A DNA stretch of 64,000 bases from Octopus vulgaris (lineage: Eukaryota), in NCBI GenBank assembly GCA_951406725.2, contig OX597814.1, forward strand, positions 141,794,001 through 141,858,000. The letters run 5' to 3'. Shown here one piece after another: positions 52,877-64,000 of this stretch (position 1 is the first letter of the stretch; each line of letters begins with the position of its first letter). The notes under the pieces were generated by a model. The model saw only the letters and a program-made list of their open reading frames with translations. It searched no databases and was not told the DNA's origin. The position numbers were made by a program, and so were the translations under genes.

Positions 52877-52987
52877 TGTTGACCAATGACCTAATATTGG
52901 ATTTGGAACAGCTGACCCTTTTTGTAGGGTCTGTTGACCAATGACCTGATATTGGATCTGGAATAGCTGACCTTTTCTTGTAGGGTC
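52877..52987. repeat. Tandem duplication, 2 x 55/56 bp
   Basis: tgttgaccaatgacct(a/g)atattggat(t/c)tggaa(c/t)agctgacc..ttgtagggtc occurs twice. Confidence 0.9.
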
Positions 52988-53235
52988 ATTACTTTGATGA
53001 AGCAATAGTGATGTTGTGCAGGATTATAGAACATGTAGGTTATTCTCTTACTTGTTGCAGTCATTAGATTGCAGCCATGCTGGAGCAGTGCCCTTACATG
53101 GCTAGCTGAACAAATTAACATCAGTACTTTTTTTTTTCCTAGTCAGGTGCTTGTTTTGTAGTTTCCTTTTGCCAAACTGCTAAATTATGGCTAAGTAAGC
53201 AAACCAACACCAATTACCAAGCAGTGCTGGAGATG

Positions 53236-53592
53236 CACTGTTCCAGGTTCAGCTCTATTGTGTATCACTTTGGGCAAGTATCTTCTGCTATAGTCCTGAG
53301 CAACCCAAAGCCTTGTGAGCAGATTTTGTAGCTGGAAACTGAAAGAAGCGTGTGTGTGTGAGTGAGAGAGAGAGAGAGATATCGACATCATGTGATAGCT
53401 GTAGATGACTGTCATAGTCATACAGCGGTGTCATTCATTTCTAGTCTTTTGCTGACATGTCTGACCATGGGAAAATATTGGTGTGCTTGGAAATAGATGA
53501 GGATTGGTGACAGGGAGAGCATCTAGCTATAGAAAATCTGCCTCAATAAACTCTGTCCAATCCATTGGAAGCTTGAAAAAATGAACATGAAA
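53236..53592 (+). mobile_element. Family B SINE, 5'-truncated, back-to-back with a family A 3' half
   Basis: ccaggttcag..tgggcaagtatcttctgctatag head and gcttggaaatagatgaggattggtgacagg tail. Confidence 0.7.
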
Positions 53593-54340
53593 CTAATATT
53601 TCTGGAGAATTCTACCCTGTATGTCTATATCATAATCTTCTTTAGTTAAACTAATATAAATTCAGAATTTACACTTACTACATCTTGTAGGCATCCTATG
53701 CTGTACAATAAACAGAAAGCTATGTGGAACATATTTTGAGATAATCCTGGATATGTAATTATTGTGATTATCCAAAATATAACATGTACGTGTAACTTAT
53801 GTACTTTTAATCACAGATGAAAATAGACGGCCATGTTGAAAGTTTCTGTAAACCTTTTTTTTTTTTTTTTTTTTTTGTAAATGCCTATTGTTCAGTAATT
53901 ATTTTTGTCCTTTTCTTGTTCTGACCCAGATACCACCAAGATTGTTGCACAAACATTTAATGACTCAATATTCTATTTGTGAAAGCCAGAGTAAAGCAAA
54001 TCGTTCTTGGAGGGAACATTTGTGATTCATAACTTGTCAAACTAGTTTCATACTTAAAGATACTGTCACTTTCTTACCGAATTTAATTACTTTTCTTTTG
54101 TGAGATTTCTATAATAATTTCATTAAAACGATCTCCCTCTTTATTTTCTTTTACTGGTTTAATCATTGGACTGTGCCAATGCCAGGACAGTGACTTCAAG
54201 CTTTTTTGTGAATCATACTAATCCTGTACTCATTTCACTCTGGTACATATTTTTTCAATCTCTTTGAACTGTGTAGTTATTGGGCGACTTTGTTAAGCAG
54301 TGTAAATAAACATGTGTGTGTATATATATATATATATATA

Positions 54341-54528
54341 ATCCAAACAAGAAAGCACAAAAAAAACACAACGTGAGGACGTGGAACAAATATAGTATTA
54401 TTGGACACTCAGGAAAGAAGGAGGGTTTAACGTTTCAAGTGGAGCTCTTCGTCGGAAAGATCCAGAGAAGGGAAGACAGAGGAAAAAAAAAATCGCCAAC
54501 GGTACACACGAGGTCACATTTTGAAAGA
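54341..54528 (-). mobile_element. Penelope-like short element with decayed minimal hammerhead, flanked by (TA)n on both sides
   Basis: Minus strand reads ttt CCGACGA a gagc tcc actt GAAA cgtt aaa at 54458-54426 (U4 to C change, stem II partly broken, palindromic ACGU stem III). TA runs lie at 54321-54340 and 54529-54540. Confidence 0.55.
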
Positions 54529-57500
54529 TATATATATATATCATTTAACATGATAGTTTTTCTGCTGGCATGGGTTGTATAGTCTGACAAACAACTAGAA
54601 AGCCAGAAGACTGCGCCATGCTCCACTGTCTGCTTTTGGCATGGTTTTTTACAGTTGGACTCCCTTAATGCCAACCACTTTACAGAGTAGACTCCTAATA
54701 CCAACAACAATACTCCTCTCAGAGTTGAGTTTTAATTGTTATCATTAATGTATCATCATGTCTCCTTTTCTTGCTGTCATACACTTGATTAGATATTTTC
54801 TGAATGGTTTTTCATAGCCAGATGCCTTCTTGATGCCAACTGTTTTTAGACATACCTCATTTAGTCTGAAAAACCATGATATTCAAATACTCATACACAT
54901 ATCAGTAATGAACTGAAAGAATGAGTGCTCAAAGAAATTTGGCCAAGGTTCCTTGCAGATGGAATTAATTGTAAATTGTAGGGTTGTTCATTCTTATCAT
55001 GCAAATTCTATTGATGTTAGTTTAATGAAGAGCTACTATAATGTGGTAAATTTTTTTTAGCAATTTTTTCATCCTTTGTACACATGTTGGCAAAGTTATT
55101 CTTGCTTAGAATTGTCTTCATTTCTAAAAGAGAAAACCTAATTATATTCAAAAAGTTATTGTTTCCCAGTTTAAATATTTTCTGTTTTCAACCTTAAATT
55201 GTTAGGTGAGGTTAGTCCATAAGAAACATAGGGCTGGTTTCTTAGTTTCTCTGGTGAATACATTCCTCCTTGAATGGGACACCTGTCCATCACAAGATTA
55301 ACTCCTTTTTACCAGCTGAGTGGACTGGAGCAGCATGAAATAAAATGTGTTGCTCAAGAACACAACACAACACATTGCCCAGTCCAGGAATTGAAACCAT
55401 AATCTTACAATCACACCCTAACCACTAAGCCATGCACCTCTACTTTTCTACCTTAAATAGTATGGTAATATTGAAGCTATTGAGTATATATCTATGCAAA
55501 GTGTATCTATCAAGTTACAGAGAGAAACCTACATCTTTGTTTCTTATCCATACAGTTTGTTTCTAATATTCCATAGTTGTCTATCAGCAATTACTATGCT
55601 GGCATTTACTATGACCTTTTTTGTTTGTAATTCTAATCACTATAGAAAAATAAATGATGAAAATCTCAATTTCACTATCTTTCAGGTGACAATGTGTTAG
55701 TAATTTCAGTATAAAAAGAATATTCTAACTTATTTTTATACAAGCTAAATTCATGGTTTTATAGTTCTTTAATTGGAACTGAAATTAATTTTGATGCAGC
55801 AGTGATTACTTTTCTATTTGCAAAAGAGTTTGATTTTTCCTTTCATTAGATATCAATTATAAATTTAATATTGTGCAGGTGTGTTGAGTGAAAAGCTGAG
55901 CATATAGTTTGATGCTTAATATCTAACAGACAATCCAAACATCAGCATGTAACATTAGATGATTAGTATGTAATATTAGTTGAACAGTTTTAAAAATACT
56001 CTTCGGAGGATACTGTTTCTTTTAAGCAGAATACATAAAATATCTAGTAAGTTTGATGTGATTTTGGAACTAGAATTGTATTCAATTTTGTATCCATAGT
56101 TATTACAAAATCATGAGCAGTTCTGCCTGAACATACATATGTGGTTAATTTACACGTTTTGCCATGTTAGCATGAGCTAGATAAATACTTTTTGTTGAGG
56201 TATTATTTTACATCCAGGTGCTCTTTCTGTTGCTAACCTTTAATATTTTCTTTTTTTCCACTTCAAAAGTACAGAGCTACTAGATTTGTTAACAGGTGAT
56301 GTTAACTTAACATCATTGCTTTTGCTCAAAGAATTTCATGCAGAGATGCAGAATATAAGCATACACATGCTTGCACATGGCTTCCTTATAGTTACCAATT
56401 CCACTCATATGACATAAGTCAACCTTAGTCTAGAGTGGAGAATATTTGCCCAAAGTACTCTATAGTGAGATAGAATTTGAAACCATAGCTGCAAGCTTGA
56501 TATCTACCGCTAGGTCATGGCAGCATGCATGCACATGCACTCATACTCAAAAAATCTATATTATATCTCTCACATTTTCCATAAGGATTAGTCCACAGGC
56601 ACTGTTCCCTTAGATTCATTCACATTCACCATTGGTCCTTTTCTATGGTCAGGTCAGCAGCTGCGTCAAATTTAGCATTTGACAAGTTCATCAGCATCAA
56701 CATGAGAATTGATATTTTTCACAAAATTATTCTTGTTTAAAATTTTGTAACTCTAATTTTGCAATTCAAAAGACTGGCTTGTAATATAATTATTTTTATA
56801 GTGTGTCTAAATCAAAATTCATTTTTAATATAGAATGCCATCTGTTAAAGTCTGTGTTTGAAATTTATTTCTCAGAAATTAAACATGAATGCAAATCCTC
56901 TTCTATTATTGTCCATTTCCGACTACTATGTAACAAAACTGAATGAATATTTTGAAAAGAGACATTTTAATTTTGTTTTTGACAGAGCCATTGGCATCTT
57001 TGTCTAAAAGCATCTCTGTCTGCTGTGTCACTCACATCCAAGAAATGATCTCCATTTGGTAGAAAAATATGGAGTTAGTAGCAAAAAATTTGTTGAGCAA
57101 GTTTTAAGTAGATTGGCTGGAAATATTCTGGTTGGTTTGTGTGTGTGGAATTCATTATCTGTAGACTATTCAATATAGTTTCTGAAATCTTGTTTTATAG
57201 AATTTCACTCTTTTGTTACTGAGTGTTTGGTGAGTAGGTTTTTGATACTGGGTGTAGCTCTGAGTTCTAATGGTTTTGACATTTCTTCTGGCTTTACATT
57301 CCAAATTCAAATGTCATTGTGATTGACTTTGCTATTCATCATTTCGAGGTGGATAAAATAAGTACCAGTTGGGCACTGGGGTCAATATAACCAATGGACT
57401 CCTCCACTTAAATTTCAGGCTTTGTACTTTTATTAGAAAGAAGTACTATTCCTTTCAAAAAAGTTATGTCACACTCTCCTCTTCCCATCCCTCTCAACAT

Positions 57501-58708
57501 GACTGCTTAGAAAAACTTATCTTGAAGATTCAGTTATATATAGAAGACAGATTTAGGACTGTGAGCAATTACAGCAAGTTATTTCCAGCAAAATACTTTA
57601 ATTTCTACGGACATATGGAGAGCAATGATAATTTCGCAAAGGATGGATCAGGGGTAAACATTTGCTTCTGAAAATTATCTATTTTGGAAAACTTTATGTA
57701 TCCTCCAAAGATGAAAAGTTTAATACTTACTCCATTTTGGCACCCACTTATCAGAATGTCTAGACATGGTCTAGATGGTTTTAGAAAGAAATATTTGGAT
57801 TTTTTTTTTTTTGTGCGTGTTTGTACTTGATGATTAAAAAATGAAATGTAAACAAAGATAGAAAAATTCTTGATAATTGGTTCTTTTAGCAAAACCTGGA
57901 AACAAAGCTAAGCCAAAAAGTAATTGCTAGTAGCTAGGAAATTTAGTATTTGTGTATCTGAACCAAATAAAATTCTTTACATGATGTATTTTATCAAAAG
58001 TTTTTCAATAATACTGGTTCCAGCAAGCTCAGGGTAAGAGATAAGTCAATTACATCGACTCAATGTTCACCTGGTACTTTTTCTATCAAGCTCAACAGGA
58101 TGAAAGGTAAAGTGGACATTGGTAACACTTGAACTCAGAATGTAAAGCTGGACAAAATGCCACCAGTGTGTTAATAATTCTACCAGTTCACCACCTTCAA
58201 GTTTTTCAATGATATTGGAACCAAAAAATGGGTTAAAATGAAATAAAAAATATTTTATTTTCTGAGGTTTTACAAATTGACTGTATAAGTAGATTAAACA
58301 GCATCTCTGATAAAGTCTGTGAAGTAAATTCATTATATAAAATGTCTCGAAGTACAAAAAAAAAAAAAGAAAGAAAAAGCTAGTGTTGTGAAAGGAGCAT
58401 CTGTTTTAATATTATTTTATTTGCTTGCCAATCTCCCTATTAACAAAGTAGATAATTAAAACAATTACCTTTGTTTTCTAGATCAAGTAGTCTGTTTCTT
58501 TATTCTTTGTCTTACAAAAATTTTGACTTTACATTTTCTTTCTTTCTTTTTTTTTTTTAATAGATCTTGTAGTTCCCTTTGCTGTTCTATGATTGAACTT
58601 CACAACTTCAATGTTTTTAAGTAGACAAGGAAGTAACCTAGTTCTGATAATGGGGCAAATCAAAAACTATATTTAGGATACGGAGCTAAAGATGCTTTAA
58701 ACTTGTAT

Positions 58709-58740
<32 letters not shown>

Positions 58741-61259
58741 CCTAGTGCTTAGTGACATTTGTTTTCGTAATTTGTCAGAATAATTTAAGATTCCACAAAT
58801 GCAACAGTATTGAAAATAACAGAAGTTAGCTCCATTCAAGTAGATAATTTTTTTCTTTTTACCGATTGCAACAATTGCACTTTGGATATGATGCAATTTG
58901 CTTTTAGGATAGACATGCATTACATTTCTGTTTATTCTTTCCTATACATTACTAGGCTTTGTTTGCACAACAAATTGTTAGAAATAAATGTTTCTTTCCA
59001 GCTAAGTATAGAACAGTAAAATAACCATTATATAAGACAAAATGTTGGTCCTGATGACAACTGTTTATAAAAAAAAAGAGTTTTGACAAAATAACAATAG
59101 TATATGCATGTTCAATTCTTTATGGCACCTGGAAATTTTGCCACACACGTATGGAGGTACATAGCTTAGTGGTTAGGATGTTGGACTCTTGATCATAAGA
59201 TTGTGGTTTTGATTTCTGGATCTTGAGCAAAACACTTCATTTCATGTTGCTCCAGTCCAGGTGAGGAATATATATGCCATGAAACTGGGAAACCGGCCCT
59301 TATGAGTTGGTATGACTTGAGGTTACTTTTTTTTACCTGCGTACCACTCACTCTTTCTTTTATTTACTGTATTTGGTGTAGGTATTTGTCCAACAAAACT
59401 TCTGCCAAGTGTAATTATTTTAAGGTTATGTTTCTCAGTTATTCCAAACAATAAAAATCAGTTACTATTAACACTCATTTCTTACAAAAAAGAATTACGA
59501 TATTTTTGATTTTATTTCTAGGCTTGTTTGGAGGAAAATCTAACTTTTAGAAATGACAGGTACTTCAAAATGTTGGGAATCATTTTGATGCTTTGAAGTA
59601 CATGGTTTTCTATAATTTTTTGAGCTTTGAAACCATTTTATATTAAAACATTTTTTCAGTAATAACATTAATCTTGTGATGCATGTTGTCCAACATGAGA
59701 GTAATCTCTTAGCAAGACAAAACTAGGATGGGTTATCAATTCCTTCAAGTAATTTCTCTAATATTACAATACTTTTGGGAAAATTGAGAACTCCGTTTCT
59801 AATTTCTGTGTGTTAGAGATCAAAAATCATTAGCATTTCTTTTTCTTCCCTGTACTGGTGTAGGTTAGGTGAGCCTTAGTGAAGAAATATTCTATAGTTG
59901 CATGTTCTTTGTTACCAATCCTTACCTGATTTTCAAATAAGGTCTTGCATACGTCAAAACCTCTGAGCTATAGGACATTGCTTAAAAATGCTGACATGGC
60001 ATCACTTGCCTAAATGATGTCATGTGAACATACATGGATATAAACACTTGCACATTCAAACATATGCATGCATAAGCTTCCGTGGAGTTTCTTCCTATAA
60101 AATTCACTTAAGCTTGAGGCTGTAATAGAAAACGCGTTTCCTAAGATGCAATGCTTTGGGATGCTACCTGAAAATGCATACTTACATATTGAGCTTCATC
60201 ACCACATAATGTCTCCACCTATTTCTACAAAAACAAACAAAAATAAAAAAAAGAAATCGGGTGGAAAGGATAATTAGAATCCTCTTTTAAGATTTTAATT
60301 TTTTAATTTTTTTAATTTGGCTTATGAAAAATCATATGTCAAAAATTTTTAAATCTGTAAATAGTAACCAATCTTTATTGAAAAAATTTATTCAGTTGCT
60401 AAAATTCTATCTACCCATCAGTAAAATAGTTTAGAATTTCTATACAGCAATTCAGATAAAATGTTAGATCTGAAACAAAATCTTAAGCAGTGATTTATTT
60501 AAAAAAAAAAAAAGACATATCACATTTTTAGTTTTATAACTTAAAAAACAAATTTTATAAAATGTTTGGATTTTTGCTTTTTTCTTTCTATGAAGTCAAC
60601 TTAGTGTTTGAATATCAAGTTTTTCTGTTTTTTTCTTAAATCACAAACTTTAATTAATTCTAGTGAAACTAATTTTAACAGACATCATTGGCATAATTTC
60701 TCAGTCCTTATTCTGTTGAAATATCTCACTGAAACTAAACTTAATCTAATGAGAATGTTATATTAACATGATCAAAAGAATGTAGTTCTTTGAATTTTAG
60801 TTAAGAAATAAGTCTCACTTGCATTAAGGAAGTAGAATACATAATCTGAAAATATTAAACATTTAAAATTTTTTCTTAAGATTCTGGAATCATTTTTCTG
60901 TATAATTTAGTGTTTGTAGTATTAAAGATGTTAATATTATAGAAATGTTATATAAAAGATGCTTTATTGCAATGATATTGATTAGCTTAACATTTTCAAA
61001 GCTTTAGTATTATTAGAGAAAGGTGTGAAATGACAAATGGTTAAGTGTCACGTAATTCTATGCCATATTTATACCTTTTTTTTGCATTCAAATACAACTG
61101 GTTTTTATTTTTGGGCTTACCGTCCCTAGAGGGATGACCGGCAAGTAATATAGTGTGTGTATAATTGTGTGTGTTTATATATTTTCATACACAAAGTAAT
61201 ATACTGAATGTTGATTGATCAACCATGCTTTATGAATTTGTATACCTATGTATTTAGTT

Positions 61260-62350
61260 TGAGGAGTAGCAGGACTCGTGACAATTTTTAGGGTCCTGAT
61301 AGACTCTGTAAGAAAACCTATAGGTAGGGAGTATAGTTGTGAAGAAGTATTGAACAGTGTTTAGAAATAGGCATTAAGAGCAAAAGATGTAGATGTAGCA
61401 AACAGTCTTGGAAGGAGTTAAATATTTAACTTAGTATTTCAGGAAAGCAGAAGCCATTGTTGTAGTTGTTGAACAGAATGTTACAACCGTCTCTTTGTTC
61501 TAGTGATTGTAGCAGGTTAGCAAATAAGAATCATTTAGTGTAAGGTAAGCAGGATTGTTCATAAAACCTGAAGCTTAACAAGACAGGTGTCTGTTGGAAA
61601 TGTTGCTAGGAGATGAATAACAATCGGACCAAAATGAAACCTTGGCAGAAGTCCATCATGGGAAATACATATTGTATATGATTAATGGCAGTGAGCCTAA
61701 ATTAGTATTATCTGTCATAAGAGAAATAGCTTTCAGCTTGAAAGTTATCTAGGGAAAAAAATCTTGGTGATTTAATGATGGAGATTCTGTTAGTTTCACA
61801 CATTTTTCTTTGTAAGGTTATTAATATATCTTGTAAATATTAATGTGGTAGAACATTTTTGGTCAGGTTGGTTGGATTCAGAATTGCGTGTAGTTCCATT
61901 ATTTCCTAAGATATGACGGCTTAGGTTATGGTAATGAGTTTACTGCTGTTGTGACACTTTCATTTCTCCAATATAGATAAAATAAATTCCAATAGTAGCA
62001 TGCATATTAATGGTAATCCCTTGGGGTGGGGGCAAAATCTTTTTTTCTCTGAAGAAATAAAGTATTCCATATAATTTAGGTTTATTTTTTTTCTGTCTTA
62101 ATCTGAGTATCTTTCATTGTTTGCAAGACTGGTTGCTGGGTTGAGTAATGTGAGCATAAGGTTTAGATTGGTTTGGTGCAGATGAGTGACTGAAAAAGAA
62201 TAACAGGAAGATTTCTAAAGGAGTGATTGGGAAAGATATTAAATTAGGGAGTCTGATAGATTAGGCACAAAAGTAGTGGGAAAAGAGATTAGGCACTAAA
62301 TTTCTAAATAGAGGTAGTATGAGTAAATAGGTTTTAGAGAGCAGGGGCAG
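61260..62350 (-). mobile_element. Decayed L2/CR1-like LINE RT fragment
   Basis: Minus strand caaggtttcattttggtccgattgttattcatc reads as QG(F)IL(G)PLLFI with frameshifts (about 61645-61615). An NYRPIS-like remnant lies near 61890. Confidence 0.55.
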
Positions 62351-62659
62351 TGGGAGATATATATATATATAAATAAAAATGCAACTGGTTGTTTACGACC
62401 AGTGTTACATATTTATTTTTATGGTTTTGGGTGGGAAGAGACCTAGTTCTCAGACCTCAGCAGATCCTCCAAAACTGTTATTGGTGTGGTTGATGATCAA
62501 TTTTATTAGTTATAAGTTGATGCCTGGTGAGTGTGCTGGGAATTCCTTATGTGGAAGGACTGGATGAAATAGTAAAAGGTTGGGTTTGGGAAGAGATACA
62601 AAATGGGTTGCTCTAGAAAGAGATGAGGAAGGCTTATGTGAAGGTGGTATGCTGTAGTT

Positions 62660-63032
62660 CAGTGGTTCCCAACCCTTTTATTTAAATGAGTTTTCTCATG
62701 GACCCCTTTTACCCCTTTCATTATCAACCCGGCTGAAACCGGCTCTGGCTCTGAGTACAAATATCTTGTTTTCATCAGTTTTGAATTAAAATCTTCCACC
62801 AAACTGTAGTCACAATTTATGCTCCTAACACTGGCTGAATGATAACTAAGTTATTTTACTAAATTCTTTGTTATATTTAAAGTAATTGAAAGAAACAGAG
62901 TGCATCTCAAAATAAATACAGTAACGAAAGGGTTAATATGCTTATCTTTGTGTGTGTGTGTGTAATGAAATTTTGAATTTAGTTCATGGAACCCCAGCAC
63001 TACCTTTGTGGACCCCAGTTTGGGAACCACTA
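62660..63032. mobile_element. hAT-superfamily MITE with 8-bp TSD
   Basis: TIRs cagtggttcccaa / tttgggaaccacta. Perfect TSD ctgtagtt at 62652-62659 and 63033-63040. Confidence 0.9.
62713..62932. mobile_element. piggyBac-like MITE nested in the hAT MITE
   Basis: TIRs ccctttcatta / taacgaaaggg, flanked by ttac and ttaa (TTAA target). Confidence 0.8.
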
Positions 63033-64000
63033 CTGTAGTTAGTTCTTAGAAGAAATTTGTGGTATGACTTAAAGGCTAGTGTGTCGGCCAGTGACACTTT
63101 GTTAATCACTTTGTTTCCATTTGAATACAACCAAAGACATTTTCTTTTCTAGCAGCATCACCACCTTTGCAAATGTGAGGATTATTGCCTTGTGGGATTC
63201 AAGTGCTTTTCACACAGCATCAGCAGCCACTTAGAATGAAAGTATCTTCTTGCTTTAGTCTTTGGAATGCAAGTTTTTGCTCTGATGTGAGTGGAATTAC
63301 AAGGAGAATCACTGGTGCTTGTGATGCCATGTATCTTTGGTGATTTGTGAATCTTAATTTTTAACTGTCCATGGTTAGAAAAGCTGAATTTCCTTGATCT
63401 GGGATTCTTTGGATTATTATTGTAGGAAATGCTGTTATGTCTCCATTAGAGGAGTCTTTATTCCTGGTAGCAGTATAGGTTTGACAAAGGATATGAATAA
63501 TGCCTGTGTTTGTAGAAGGTTAAGGTAGAGTGGTGGGTATCTGTTGGAGTAAGTATTACTATAACCAATTTAAATTGGATCTTCAGTATACAACAGTGGA
63601 AACTGAGCAACATAAATTGAACCTTGGGAATACCTAAGTTAATGAAGTGTGAGTCAATGAGTCTAATCTAAATGCATTACAATGGTACAATGTTAGAAAG
63701 CTTCCAACGCAAACTAGTTGGATAGAATCCATAGACAAGTAGTTCAGCCAGTGTTATTGAAGTAGAACTTTTTTTTTCTCCTTAAAGAATTTAGATTTAC
63801 ATAACCTATTTAACTTGTTTATTTACTTTTAAACCTTGTCCAATTATATTGAGCAGTTTATTTCTGGTATTTTAGATGTGTACATTTTTCTACTAGTAAT
63901 TTTCTAACAAGAAATTCTTTCTCCTTTGTTTTGAACTTGAACTGTAACCAAAATATAAATTTACAAACATTTTTACATGGCAGGAGGAAACCTGTTTTCC

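Larger units (their letters stand above)
62400..63770 (-). mobile_element. Decayed CR1-like LINE ORF2 (RT to C-terminus), split by the hAT MITE
   Basis: Frameshifted minus-strand motifs in the expected order: LAELLVYGF, ggtattcccaaggttca (GIP-QGS), ARRYF..LLML, and after the MITE IPP..HFVSLPKP..QSF. Confidence 0.7.

Noticed and set aside
52914-52931. Histone 3' stem-loop-like hairpin
   Set aside because: Six-nt loop, GA rather than GG at the stem base, and no histone ORF upstream.
59522-59559. 38-nt ag..gt segment (ACLEENLTFRND)
   Set aside because: Short, phase-incompatible and expected by chance.
1-64000. CRISPR array, rRNA, intact tRNA or prokaryotic operon
   Set aside because: No regularly spaced repeat-spacer array and no such genes; the sequence is eukaryotic and intronic in character.

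Overview
AT-rich, repeat-dense eukaryotic DNA. The tRNA-derived SINEs, RTE-type 3' ends and MITEs look like those of coleoid cephalopods, most likely Octopus (recognised from memory; no search run). Almost the whole window appears to be intron of one large + strand gene. I can support only one coding exon (33351-33457, KLWSTYQKYMKGDCIPFNSIRDAFNELNLYPSLTQ; degenerate EF-hand-like, possibly from a Raw/olrn-1-family protein). The rest is dozens of SINE copies, decayed CR1/L2/RTE LINE fragments, hAT, piggyBac and Tc1/mariner-type MITEs (some nested, with intact TSDs), microsatellites, a U6 snRNA pseudogene and a tRNA-His pseudogene. The most unusual signal is a set of short hammerhead-ribozyme-bearing elements next to (TA)n microsatellites. 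One is a 195-bp inverted-repeat element (10076-10270) with a core-intact type I hammerhead on the minus strand and a decayed hammerhead on the plus strand. The two youngest SINE copies flank the lone exon in inverted orientation. None of the supplied ORFs looks like a real gene; a few overlap decayed LINE coding sequence. Coordinates of old repeats are approximate.
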